Shown: in pieces, positions 18,483 through 25,427 of the stretch | Numbering within the stretch: position 1 is the first letter of the stretch | How the letters are laid out: each line of letters begins with the position of its first letter | Source: a virus | Taxonomy: Duplodnaviria > Caudoviricetes | Direction: 5' to 3' (one strand) | Virus record (IMG/VR): IMGVR_UViG_3300005804_000004 | Coordinates: 1 to 25,427 of that record | Length of the DNA: 25,427 nt | Made by a program: the position numbers and the translations under genes | Notes under the pieces: model-generated | Databases searched by the model: none | What the model was told of the DNA's origin: nothing | What the model saw: only the letters and a program-made list of their open reading frames with translations

Positions 18483-18780
18483 GCTGACAGCGCAGGTAGT
18501 CGATAGGGACTACCTTTTATTTTTCGATGGCAAACCTGTTGGATCGTATGAAATTGCGAAGTTGCCAAACGATACATTGATTGTGTGGGATTCACGCACT
18601 TGCACCTTTATAGATGGCAAATCTCTCTTGGAGCTTGCTGAAAAGACGCAGAACTCGCTTAGAACAATTGCGTTAACAATGAGGATGTATCCAATCTTAT
18701 CAACTATTGGTGGTAAGTGCGTGTTTTACAATATCTCAAATACTCAGCAGGGAGGGGATGCCACAAGATCAAAAACATAG
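18469..18780 (+). CDS. Hypothetical protein coupled to radical SAM 2, 103 aa
   Basis: AAGGAG RBS, overlaps the end of rSAM 2; weak similarity to the N-terminal half of 16852..17514. Confidence 0.65.
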   Translation: MKINKLTAQVVDRDYLLFFDGKPVGSYEIAKLPNDTLIVWDSRTCTFIDGKSLLELAEKTQNSLRTIALTMRMYPILSTIGGKCVFYNISNTQQGGDATRSKT

Positions 18781-18795
18781 AAAGGTGTTGATAGT

Positions 18796-19101
18796 ATGGG
18801 CGAAAAGGAAAATGAGTTAATTGCAGTACAGGCATATCGCATGGACAATCTCGAAAAGAAGGTCACAGAACTATGCGAGAAGATAAGTGATCTTCTTGAG
18901 AAACTACCAGAGAAGTATCAAACCAAGGAGATGTGTGCAAGCATGGTTGGTGGATGCAAAGAACGCAATGAGGAGAAGTTTGAAAATCTTCAAAATGAGC
19001 TTAGTGATATTAAGGCCAAGTCTGATCGCCTTCTTTGGGGAGGTCTTTGTGGACTGCTTTATATTCTCTGGGACTTGCTAAAACCTGTTCTGACTAAGTA
19101 G
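18796..19101 (+). CDS. Holin-associated / XhlA-like membrane protein, 101 aa
   Basis: Coiled-coil followed by a single C-terminal hydrophobic helix (LLWGGLCGLLYILWDLL); first gene of the lysis cluster. Confidence 0.6.
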   Translation: MGEKENELIAVQAYRMDNLEKKVTELCEKISDLLEKLPEKYQTKEMCASMVGGCKERNEEKFENLQNELSDIKAKSDRLLWGGLCGLLYILWDLLKPVLTK

Positions 19102-19109
19102 GTGATCTT

Positions 19110-19346
19110 ATGAAAGTAAAAGCCGAGTGGATTATTGAAGGGGTAGTCACAGCACTACTCCTTCTATTTATTTTCTGGTCAATTGGATACTTTGCGAATG
19201 GCCTGTATGGCTACAAATTTCAGCTTGAGAGCTGTTGGGCAGGGCTTACTGCCATTGGATCAGCAGGTGTGCTAGCTGTGCTTAAATGGCTGATCGACTC
19301 TATCTGGAATAGTCCTAATGGCTCTATGCCGGGGAAGGGGGAATAG
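19110..19346 (+). CDS. Putative holin, two transmembrane segments, 78 aa
   Basis: Two hydrophobic helices, small size, immediately upstream of the endolysin. Confidence 0.7.
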   Translation: MKVKAEWIIEGVVTALLLLFIFWSIGYFANGLYGYKFQLESCWAGLTAIGSAGVLAVLKWLIDSIWNSPNGSMPGKGE

Positions 19347-19349
19347 CTT

Positions 19350-19982
19350 ATGGAAGATAAATATATTGGAATGCTCAGTGCAAAATACGAAAGCAATGGT
19401 GATCCGGGCTGCGTTGCCAATACTCCCGGCGATGCAGGTGGTAAAAGCGTGGGAGCTTACCAGTTTGCAAATAATGCAGGTGTCATCCGTGCTTTCATTA
19501 ATTGGCTGAGAGATCAGGGACATAAATTTGGGCATCTGGCAGAATACGATACCGATACTGATGAGTTTGACGATGCCTGGAGGCAGTGTGCCGAGGAGGA
19601 CTACGACGAATTTTGGCGTGTTCAGCACCAGTATGTTCAAGAGGTTTACTATGATCGAGCTGTAGCTAGATTGGCAGAGATCGGGATCAATGTTGATAAT
19701 CATAGCTTTGCCCTCAAGAATGTGGTGTGGTCTGCTGCCGTACAATATGGCATTGGTTGGATTAAGGAGCTTTTCAATGAGGCTTGCAGTAACATGGGTT
19801 ACCCTAATGCATCCTATATCGACCATGTTGCATTCGACGAAGAGCTAATCAGAACCATCTACGAGATCAGAGCAACGGATGGGTGGACTGACGGAAGTCC
19901 TTCCTTGCGACCAGGTCTTCGTGCAAGGTTTGAGTCCGAATGCGAGGATGCATTAAAACTATTATCTGAGGAGGCTGCATGA
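19350..19982 (+). CDS. Endolysin, lysozyme-like (resembles the VgrG3 C-terminal muramidase family), 210 aa
   Basis: LSAKYES.G.PG...GGKSVGAYQF, VVWSAAVQYG and LRARF..E...AL motifs; position after holins. Confidence 0.75.
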   Translation: MEDKYIGMLSAKYESNGDPGCVANTPGDAGGKSVGAYQFANNAGVIRAFINWLRDQGHKFGHLAEYDTDTDEFDDAWRQCAEEDYDEFWRVQHQYVQEVYYDRAVARLAEIGINVDNHSFALKNVVWSAAVQYGIGWIKELFNEACSNMGYPNASYIDHVAFDEELIRTIYEIRATDGWTDGSPSLRPGLRARFESECEDALKLLSEEAA

Positions 19983-20506
19983 TATTGGACAATAAGAAAG
20001 TAGCAATTCTATGTGCCATCTGCCTTATCGTTGGTGCTGTGGTAGGTGGGCTTGTTACCTATAAGTGCTTTCCAAGGACTGTGGTGGAATACAAGGCCGA
20101 TACAGTAAGCACAGTACAAGAGAAGGTTGTGCTTGATACCAACACGGAGGTCAAATATGTTCCAAAGGAGATCGATCCTGACACTGGCGAGAAAGAGAAG
20201 ACCGATGTGGAGGCGAACATTAATCAGCCGACTGTCAATGTGAAGGTTAATGGTATGGCGCACGACTTTAAGCTTGAGCAGAAGGAGAATCAAAAATTTG
20301 AGAACGGCAAGGTTGTTCTTGATCAAAATACGACTTTGAAGTTAGATGTAAAGACCAATGATCCAAAATTAGTGAAGGTAGATGCCTTCTGCGGGGAGGG
20401 TTATGGACTTAGCATTAACTACAAGAAGCTTACCGTCGATATTGATTTGACGGACATTAAACACCCCAAGGCCGACAGGATTAAGTATCGGCTTATGGAG
20501 TTTTAA
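19979..20506 (+). CDS. Membrane-anchored lysis accessory protein (spanin-like), 175 aa
   Basis: ATGA overlap with the endolysin; N-terminal TM (VAILCAICLIVGAVVGGLVTY); last gene before the terminator. Confidence 0.55.
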   Translation: MILDNKKVAILCAICLIVGAVVGGLVTYKCFPRTVVEYKADTVSTVQEKVVLDTNTEVKYVPKEIDPDTGEKEKTDVEANINQPTVNVKVNGMAHDFKLEQKENQKFENGKVVLDQNTTLKLDVKTNDPKLVKVDAFCGEGYGLSINYKKLTVDIDLTDIKHPKADRIKYRLMEF

Positions 20507-20511
20507 GTATC

Positions 20512-20546
20512 TGGGACTAGGCTAAATGCTTAGTCCCACCTTTTTT
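20512..20546 (+). terminator. Intrinsic terminator ending the late (tail/lysis) operon
   Basis: TGGGACTAGGC / GCTTAGTCCCA stem (one G-U), 5-nt loop, then CCTTTTTT. Confidence 0.85.
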
Positions 20547-20552
20547 GCTTTA

Positions 20553-20581
20553 TTGACTTTTATGCACATTGCTGATAAAAT
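20553..20581 (+). promoter_or_regulatory. SigmaA/sigma70 promoter with extended -10
   Basis: TTGACT (20553-20558), 17-bp spacer, TGn-TAAAAT (20576-20581). Confidence 0.8.
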
Positions 20582-20622
20582 ATTAACAGTAGGAATATTA
20601 AGAAGTGGCAAGGAGGAGTAAA

Positions 20623-20781
20623 ATGTTGAGCTACAGTCAGTGCTACAATGAGGAATGCGGAGTTACCTGTCGCAGATGCTTGGCCTTTGAAACGAGCCAT
20701 AGCTTAAAGGCGACAAAAGGCATTAAAACTGCATCTGTAAATAAGGCCAGCAAATCTAAGCTAAAAGAGGTGAACCAATGA
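20623..20781 (+). CDS. Small Cys-rich, basic-tailed protein, 52 aa (MLSYSQCYNEECGVTCRRCLAF...)
   Basis: AGGAGG at 20611-20616, first ORF after the promoter, ATGA overlap with the next gene; absent from the ORF track. Confidence 0.7.
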   Translation: MLSYSQCYNEECGVTCRRCLAFETSHSLKATKGIKTASVNKASKSKLKEVNQ

Positions 20782-21191
20782 AGATTTTAGTATGCGGTGA
20801 CCGCAAGTGGTCTAACATTGAGAGCATTCGCAAGGCAATTGAAGAGGTTCGTATGCAGTACAGCAATGAACAGAGCTTCACCATTATTCATGGGTGCGCC
20901 ACTGGCGCAGACACCCTTGCCGGGGAAGTTGGTAAGGAGCTTGGCCTTGAGATTATGGAGTTCCCGGCTAAGTGGCGTGAGTGGGAAGACAAGCCAGAGT
21001 ACCAAGTGGGAGAAGTAAATGGCAGGAAGTACTGGAAACTTGCCGGGGTAGTGCGAAACACTGAAATGCTTAAGGCGCAACCAGAGGTAGTGCTAGCATT
21101 CTACAATGATATCTCCAAATCCAAAGGTACTCTCGATATGATAAAACAGGCCAATAGAGCAGGTGTGGAAGTAAGACTTTACGCAAAATAG
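20778..21191 (+). CDS. SLOG-superfamily protein (DUF2493 / YspA-like), 137 aa
   Basis: KILVCGDR, IIHGCATGADTLA, FPAKW, AGVVRNTEML and SKGTLDMI motifs. Confidence 0.85.
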   Translation: MKILVCGDRKWSNIESIRKAIEEVRMQYSNEQSFTIIHGCATGADTLAGEVGKELGLEIMEFPAKWREWEDKPEYQVGEVNGRKYWKLAGVVRNTEMLKAQPEVVLAFYNDISKSKGTLDMIKQANRAGVEVRLYAK

Positions 21192-21256
21192 GTCTTGTTA
21201 TTTTATGCCCTGTTTTATGAGCGAAGTACAAATAAATATGCATACGGAGGTTAATA

Positions 21257-24200
21257 ATGGACAGATTTGTTAATATCCATGTTCATACTCACTACTCAAA
21301 TAATAATATGTATGACTCCACGGCAACTGTTGAAGCTGTCGTAAAAAGAGTCAAGGAGCTAGGCCAAACTGCTTTTGCAATCACTGACCACGGAACAGTG
21401 TCCGGCCTAATTGATGGCTATAAAGAGGCCAAGAAGAATGATTTGCATTTTGTCTTTGGCAGCGAGTTTTACTTTGTCCCAGAGGTTGGGATCAAGAACC
21501 GGGACAGTTGGCATTTGGTACTGATTGCAAAAGATAATGAGGGATACAAGAACCTGCTTAAGCTCACCACATTAGCTCACCAGAACTTCTACTATAAGCC
21601 AAGGGTTGATTGGGATATGCTGAAGGCGCACAGCAAAGGGCTGATTGCAACTTCTGCTTGCCTTGGTGGGGTACTAAATATGAGGAATGAAGGTGCGTGG
21701 GATCAGGACGCTAGCACCTATCGGCTTGAGCAGTTCTTAGATATTTTTGGTGGCGACTTCTATATTGAGCTACACACAAACCAAATGAAAGATCAAGTCG
21801 CTCACAATATTGCCATGATTGATATGGCTGAAAAGTTTGGTGTTCCGCTTATTGCTTGCGTCGATAGTCACTATGTCAGGGAAGATCAGTACAATGTTCA
21901 TAAGGCGTGGGTAGGAATTGGCGATAACGATGAAAGAGGGTATTACTCAACAAATGACTACTTCCTTATGTCATCCAAGCAAGTGCATGACAGGCTTATG
22001 TACCTTCCTCAAGATTGCGTTTCCAAAGCGATTAAAAATACTTCGACATTGGCAGATAGATGTCATGTAGAAATTGATTTCAAGTCCAAGCACTATCCTC
22101 ATTTCCCTGTGCCGGAGGGCATGACTCATCTTGACCGAATGAAAGAAATCTGCCGGGAAGGATGGAAGAAGAAAATTATTCCCCATGTTCCTAAAGAGCA
22201 ATGGCAGCTATACGGAGATCGGGTTAATGAGGAGTTTGATGTTCTTCAAAAATGCGACTATGTTGAATATATGCTGATTGTGCATGATATGCTTGATTGG
22301 TGTAGAAATCGTGCCAACCCCAAGATTATGACAGGTATTGGTCGGGGATCGGTTGGTGGTAGCTTGGTAGCTTACCTGATGGACATTACCAAGATTGACC
22401 CTATTAAGACGGACTTGCTGTTTTCTCGCTTTACACACACGGAACGCATTAGTCCACCCGACATAGACTCGGACATTGAAAAGGCTAGGCGAGAAGATGT
22501 TATTGAGTATGTCCGGCAGAAGTACAATGGCGATGTATACCATGTTCGCACCTTCTCCTATATGGGCGCAAGGGGTGCGCTTAAACGAGCAGGTCAAGCA
22601 CTTGGCTTACCTCACGATCAGATTAATAAGCTGTCAAAGACAGTTAATCCAATCTCAGACAAATACAAGGATCAGGTTGATGCCTTGGAGGAGATCAGAG
22701 ATAAGGCAAACGGCGATCTTATCGATCTTGCCAAAGAACTCGTCCATGTTATTCAAGGCTATTCAACCCATGCGTCAGCAATTATCTTATTCCCGGCTGA
22801 TCCTACTAATTGGGTAGCAATCGAAAGAAACCCCGGCGACTCCTATGTTGTTAGCTATAAGTATGGCGATGTGGAGGCGCAAGGCCTACTGAAAATTGAC
22901 GCTCTTGGCCTCAAGACCCTAGATGTCATCCATAGCACCTTAAATCTTATTGGAAATAAGGCCAATGGGTTTGATATTGAGCATTTGCCAGACAATGATA
23001 AGCTCACATTTGATATGCTGCATGAAGGTAAGACAGCAGGATGCTTCCAGATTGAAGGCCAAGGCATGACTAATCTCGTTAAGAATATCAAGCCAAGCCA
23101 ATACTTTGATATGATCCCTCTTGTTGCCCTGTATCGTCCTGGCTGCTTACAGGCAGGCATGGTTGAGGTTTTCACCAAGCGCAGAAACGGTGAAGAAGAG
23201 GTAGAGTATCTTGATCCTAAAATGAAAGCAGCCCTCGAAGACACTTACGGTGTCATCCTTTACCAAGAGCAAATCCAAAAGCTTGCAAATATTATGGCAG
23301 GGTACAGTATGGGCGAGGCAGACTTGCTGCGTAGGGCTGTTGGCAAGAAAAAGCCAGAAGAAATGGCAGTAATCATCCCTGAGTTCGTCAAGCGTGGGGT
23401 TGAGTGCGGTAACAGCGAGGAAACCATGAAGAAGTTAGCAGAGCTAATCGAGTACTTTGCAGGGTATGGTTTCAATAAGTCGCATAGCGCATCTTATGGC
23501 TATATTAGCTACCAAACGGCTTACCTTAAGGCGCACTACCCAGTTGAGTTTATGACATCGCTTTTGAATGTCTATATGGACTCTCCTCAAGAGGATATCG
23601 TGCCGTACATCAACGAAATTAAGGCTATGGGTATTAAGATACTGCCACCATGCGTAAATCGCTCAGAAGGCAACTGGACAATTGAGAAGCAGTCGGATGG
23701 CACTAAGGCAGTGCGTATTGGCTTGGCGTATTTAAAAGGCGTTGGAAAGGTGGAGTATCCTAGACCAGTATCGAGCATCGGCGACTTGAGGGAGGCTAAA
23801 GTCAATAAGGGCAAGATTGAGGCCATGATTAAGGCCGGGGCATTGGATTGCATTGGTAATCGTGCTGACCTGTTGGTAGAGTTATGGGAAGTCGAAGAAA
23901 CTCTAAAAAGCATTGATGAAAAAATTGCTCATGCAAAGAATCGAATCGATGAGCTGTGCAGCGATATTGAGAAAACCAAACCGACAACAAAAAAATATAC
24001 TCAACTTCAGCAGCAGCTTGCGAACAGAGAGAAGGATGTTGAGAAACTAAATAAGAAGAAAGTTGAAGTTTTCGGCCTCCAAAAAACCCTAAACTCGTAT
24101 AGTGATCCGATTGGAGAAAGAGAAGTCTTAGGGTTTTCATTCACAGACATCTTAGATTGCTATGACTTATCATGCGCTAAAGAACCAAACATTGAGTCTA

Positions 24201-24421
24201 AAATTGAACATATCATTGGTGCAGAAGTAGTTAAGTTCAAGAAGCATATGCAGAAGAATGGCAAGCCTATGGCCTTTATAACTGCTCGAACAAGAAGTAA
24301 GACGGTTGATCTAGTAATGTTCAATAGCTCTTACAGAATCTTGGAGGAAGGCAGAGTGTATCTAATCTCGATTAGAGAAAACAAGGTCACAGATGCAATG
24401 GAGGCCAGAAGAGCAGGGTAA
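21257..24421 (+). CDS. dnaE: DNA polymerase III alpha subunit (family C, DnaE-type), 1054 aa
   Basis: PHP domain (HVHTHYS, ITDHG, SACLGG, DSHY), GRGSVGGSL, PDIDSD, KIDALGL, YQEQI, YGFNKSHS, C-terminal OB fold. Confidence 0.96.
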   Translation: MDRFVNIHVHTHYSNNNMYDSTATVEAVVKRVKELGQTAFAITDHGTVSGLIDGYKEAKKNDLHFVFGSEFYFVPEVGIKNRDSWHLVLIAKDNEGYKNLLKLTTLAHQNFYYKPRVDWDMLKAHSKGLIATSACLGGVLNMRNEGAWDQDASTYRLEQFLDIFGGDFYIELHTNQMKDQVAHNIAMIDMAEKFGVPLIACVDSHYVREDQYNVHKAWVGIGDNDERGYYSTNDYFLMSSKQVHDRLMYLPQDCVSKAIKNTSTLADRCHVEIDFKSKHYPHFPVPEGMTHLDRMKEICREGWKKKIIPHVPKEQWQLYGDRVNEEFDVLQKCDYVEYMLIVHDMLDWCRNRANPKIMTGIGRGSVGGSLVAYLMDITKIDPIKTDLLFSRFTHTERISPPDIDSDIEKARREDVIEYVRQKYNGDVYHVRTFSYMGARGALKRAGQALGLPHDQINKLSKTVNPISDKYKDQVDALEEIRDKANGDLIDLAKELVHVIQGYSTHASAIILFPADPTNWVAIERNPGDSYVVSYKYGDVEAQGLLKIDALGLKTLDVIHSTLNLIGNKANGFDIEHLPDNDKLTFDMLHEGKTAGCFQIEGQGMTNLVKNIKPSQYFDMIPLVALYRPGCLQAGMVEVFTKRRNGEEEVEYLDPKMKAALEDTYGVILYQEQIQKLANIMAGYSMGEADLLRRAVGKKKPEEMAVIIPEFVKRGVECGNSEETMKKLAELIEYFAGYGFNKSHSASYGYISYQTAYLKAHYPVEFMTSLLNVYMDSPQEDIVPYINEIKAMGIKILPPCVNRSEGNWTIEKQSDGTKAVRIGLAYLKGVGKVEYPRPVSSIGDLREAKVNKGKIEAMIKAGALDCIGNRADLLVELWEVEETLKSIDEKIAHAKNRIDELCSDIEKTKPTTKKYTQLQQQLANREKDVEKLNKKKVEVFGLQKTLNSYSDPIGEREVLGFSFTDILDCYDLSCAKEPNIESKIEHIIGAEVVKFKKHMQKNGKPMAFITARTRSKTVDLVMFNSSYRILEEGRVYLISIRENKVTDAMEARRAG

Positions 24422-24448
24422 GGAGATTATTCTCTCCTTACCTTTTTT
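24416..24448 (+). terminator. Intrinsic terminator after dnaE
   Basis: GGTAAGGAGA (24417-24426) / TCTCCTTACC (24433-24442) then TTTTTT. Confidence 0.88.
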
Positions 24449-24510
24449 ATTTAGAGATTAGAGAAAATAGATGAATTACCGCAAAATTTATCTACAATGC
24501 AAATATAGTA

Positions 24511-24538
24511 TTGACATCGTGCATTTTATTGCTATAAT
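24511..24538 (+). promoter_or_regulatory. Consensus sigmaA promoter for the XRE regulator
   Basis: TTGACA (24511-24516), 16-bp spacer, TGn-TATAAT (24533-24538). Confidence 0.85.
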
Positions 24539-24621
24539 TAGAATTAAGGTAGCTGAAATGTTACTGATTCCTATTCGGTACGCATAGGAGGATAGACTAT
24601 CCAAGTGAGGAGTTGTGCAAG

Positions 24622-24969
24622 ATGACAGTAGGGTTAGACACAATGGGGAAGAGAATCAAGAATCTGAGAGAGAAACTTCGCTTAACTCAGGAAGAAGTCG
24701 CAAACAAAATAGGACTCTCTCAAAGTGCCTATAATAGGTACGAAAAGGATCAGATTCATCGTTTCTCCGAAAAAACCTTAGAAAGATTGGCGATTGCTCT
24801 TGAAACAACCACAGACTACATTTTGGGGCAAGAAGCTAATCAGGGCAAACTCGATCATATTCCAGAGCAAATTCGAGAGTGGCTGTCTAATCCAGAGTGC
24901 GTTCCGTATGTTGCAAAGGCTTTTATGATGTATCAAGAGGATAAGTTGGGAGCATACTTGAAGAAATAA
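24622..24969 (+). CDS. XRE-family helix-turn-helix transcriptional regulator
   Basis: GAGGAG RBS supports ATG 24622; RIKNLREKLRLTQEEVANKIGLSQSAYNRYEK...LAIALETTTDYILG. Confidence 0.92.
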   Translation: MTVGLDTMGKRIKNLREKLRLTQEEVANKIGLSQSAYNRYEKDQIHRFSEKTLERLAIALETTTDYILGQEANQGKLDHIPEQIREWLSNPECVPYVAKAFMMYQEDKLGAYLKK

Positions 24970-25061
24970 GATACTTATATATTGAGCATATTAGATTGAA
25001 TAACTAGATACTCGTCACCAGATGGGTGACCCTGTGTTGGAATGACACTTGTATATTCTTA

Positions 25062-25139
25062 GCGTGGAATTCGTTAGGGGCGCAGGATGTCGGCAGATCG
25101 AAAGGTCTGCCTTTTCCTGTTATTGGGGGTATTTTACGC
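25062..25139 (+). other. Nested stem-loop element (possible small RNA or extended terminator)
   Basis: GCGTGGAAT/ATTTTACGC, GCAGGA/TCCTGT and GGCAGATC-GAAA-GGTCTGCC; G-U pairs favour the + strand. Confidence 0.45.
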
Positions 25140-25142
25140 ACA

Positions 25143-25167
25143 ATAAAAAGGCCTCTTGCGAGGCCTT
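25143..25167 (-). terminator. Intrinsic terminator of the convergent minus-strand gene
   Basis: Minus strand reads AAGGCCTC-GCAA-GAGGCCTT then TTTATT; overlaps the stop codon. Confidence 0.85.
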
Positions 25168-25426
25168 AAAACATTTTACCAATGGCACTTTTAATTTCTT
25201 CGTCCTGTTCGTTATTCTCGGATGGCGATGCGGTAGGTGCATAGTTCTTTAGTTTCTCGTCTAAGAGCCGATTTATGACCATTTCAATACTATCTGGCAT
25301 CTGCATTGGGTTGCCACTCATTTCTCGTTTTAGGCGATCCTTAACCCATTCTGAGAAGTTGTCCAGGCCATCAATGAAGCTTAGAAGATCAGACTCCTTC
25401 TCTTCGTTAAAATATACCGCCTTAAC
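25166..25426 (-). CDS. Partial (5'-truncated) ribbon-helix-helix protein, ParR-like partition adaptor candidate
   Basis: Open frame ...VKAVYFNEEKESDLLSFIDGLDNFSEWVKDRLKREM...DEEIKSAIGKMF*; strand-helix-helix pattern, low-complexity linker and short C-terminal helix; not in the ORF track. Confidence 0.6.
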   Translation of the reverse strand, partial: VKAVYFNEEKESDLLSFIDGLDNFSEWVKDRLKREMSGNPMQMPDSIEMVINRLLDEKLKNYAPTASPSENNEQDEEIKSAIGKMF

Positions 25427-25427
25427 C

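Noticed and set aside
167-24140. Numerous minus-strand and alternate-frame ORFs in the ORF track (e.g. 3297..3701, 12068..12613, 14875..15621, 19272..19826)
   Set aside because: They lie within well-supported + strand genes and show no recognisable motifs; treated as shadow ORFs.
21257-24421. Intein or intron in dnaE (common in phage polymerases)
   Set aside because: The ORF is continuous and of normal length, with no intein motifs seen.
24586-24625. Second GGAGG and a 6-codon GTG-started uORF (24605-24625) overlapping the XRE start
   Set aside because: RBS-to-start spacing is long and the ORF is too short to support from sequence alone.
25049-25252. 67-aa + strand ORF
   Set aside because: TTG start without an RBS; overlaps the structured element, a terminator and the better-supported minus-strand gene.
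1-25427. CRISPR arrays, tRNA/rRNA genes, IS elements
   Set aside because: No repeat-spacer arrays, cloverleaf signatures or transposase motifs were seen.

Overview
A 25.4-kb segment of a long-tailed (siphovirus-type) phage or prophage, almost entirely on the + strand. Strong AGGAGG ribosome-binding sites and sigmaA-type promoters point to a Firmicute host. The lambda-like tail tip and a spanin-like lysis gene suggest a diderm Firmicute such as Negativicutes (inference). Gene order: tail assembly chaperone with a -1 frameshift extension, tape measure, NlpC/P60, gpM-like, gpL/BR0599-like Fe-S hub, gpJ-like tip, two further tail structural proteins, a tail fibre, a five-gene cassette with two radical SAM/SPASM enzymes, lysis genes (holin-like x2, endolysin, spanin-like) and a terminator. 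A promoter then drives a small Cys-rich ORF, a SLOG/DUF2493 protein and a DnaE-type polymerase, followed by an XRE regulator, a structured intergenic element and the 3' end of a convergent ParR-like gene. The standout is the fibre. It ends in HTHAH...YYWNCDCTCSDN fused to a Hedgehog/intein-type Hint domain and is tightly coupled to the radical SAM cassette. This looks like a phage system for autoproteolytic, RiPP-like maturation of a virion fibre tip. All family assignments come from motif recognition by eye, not database searches.
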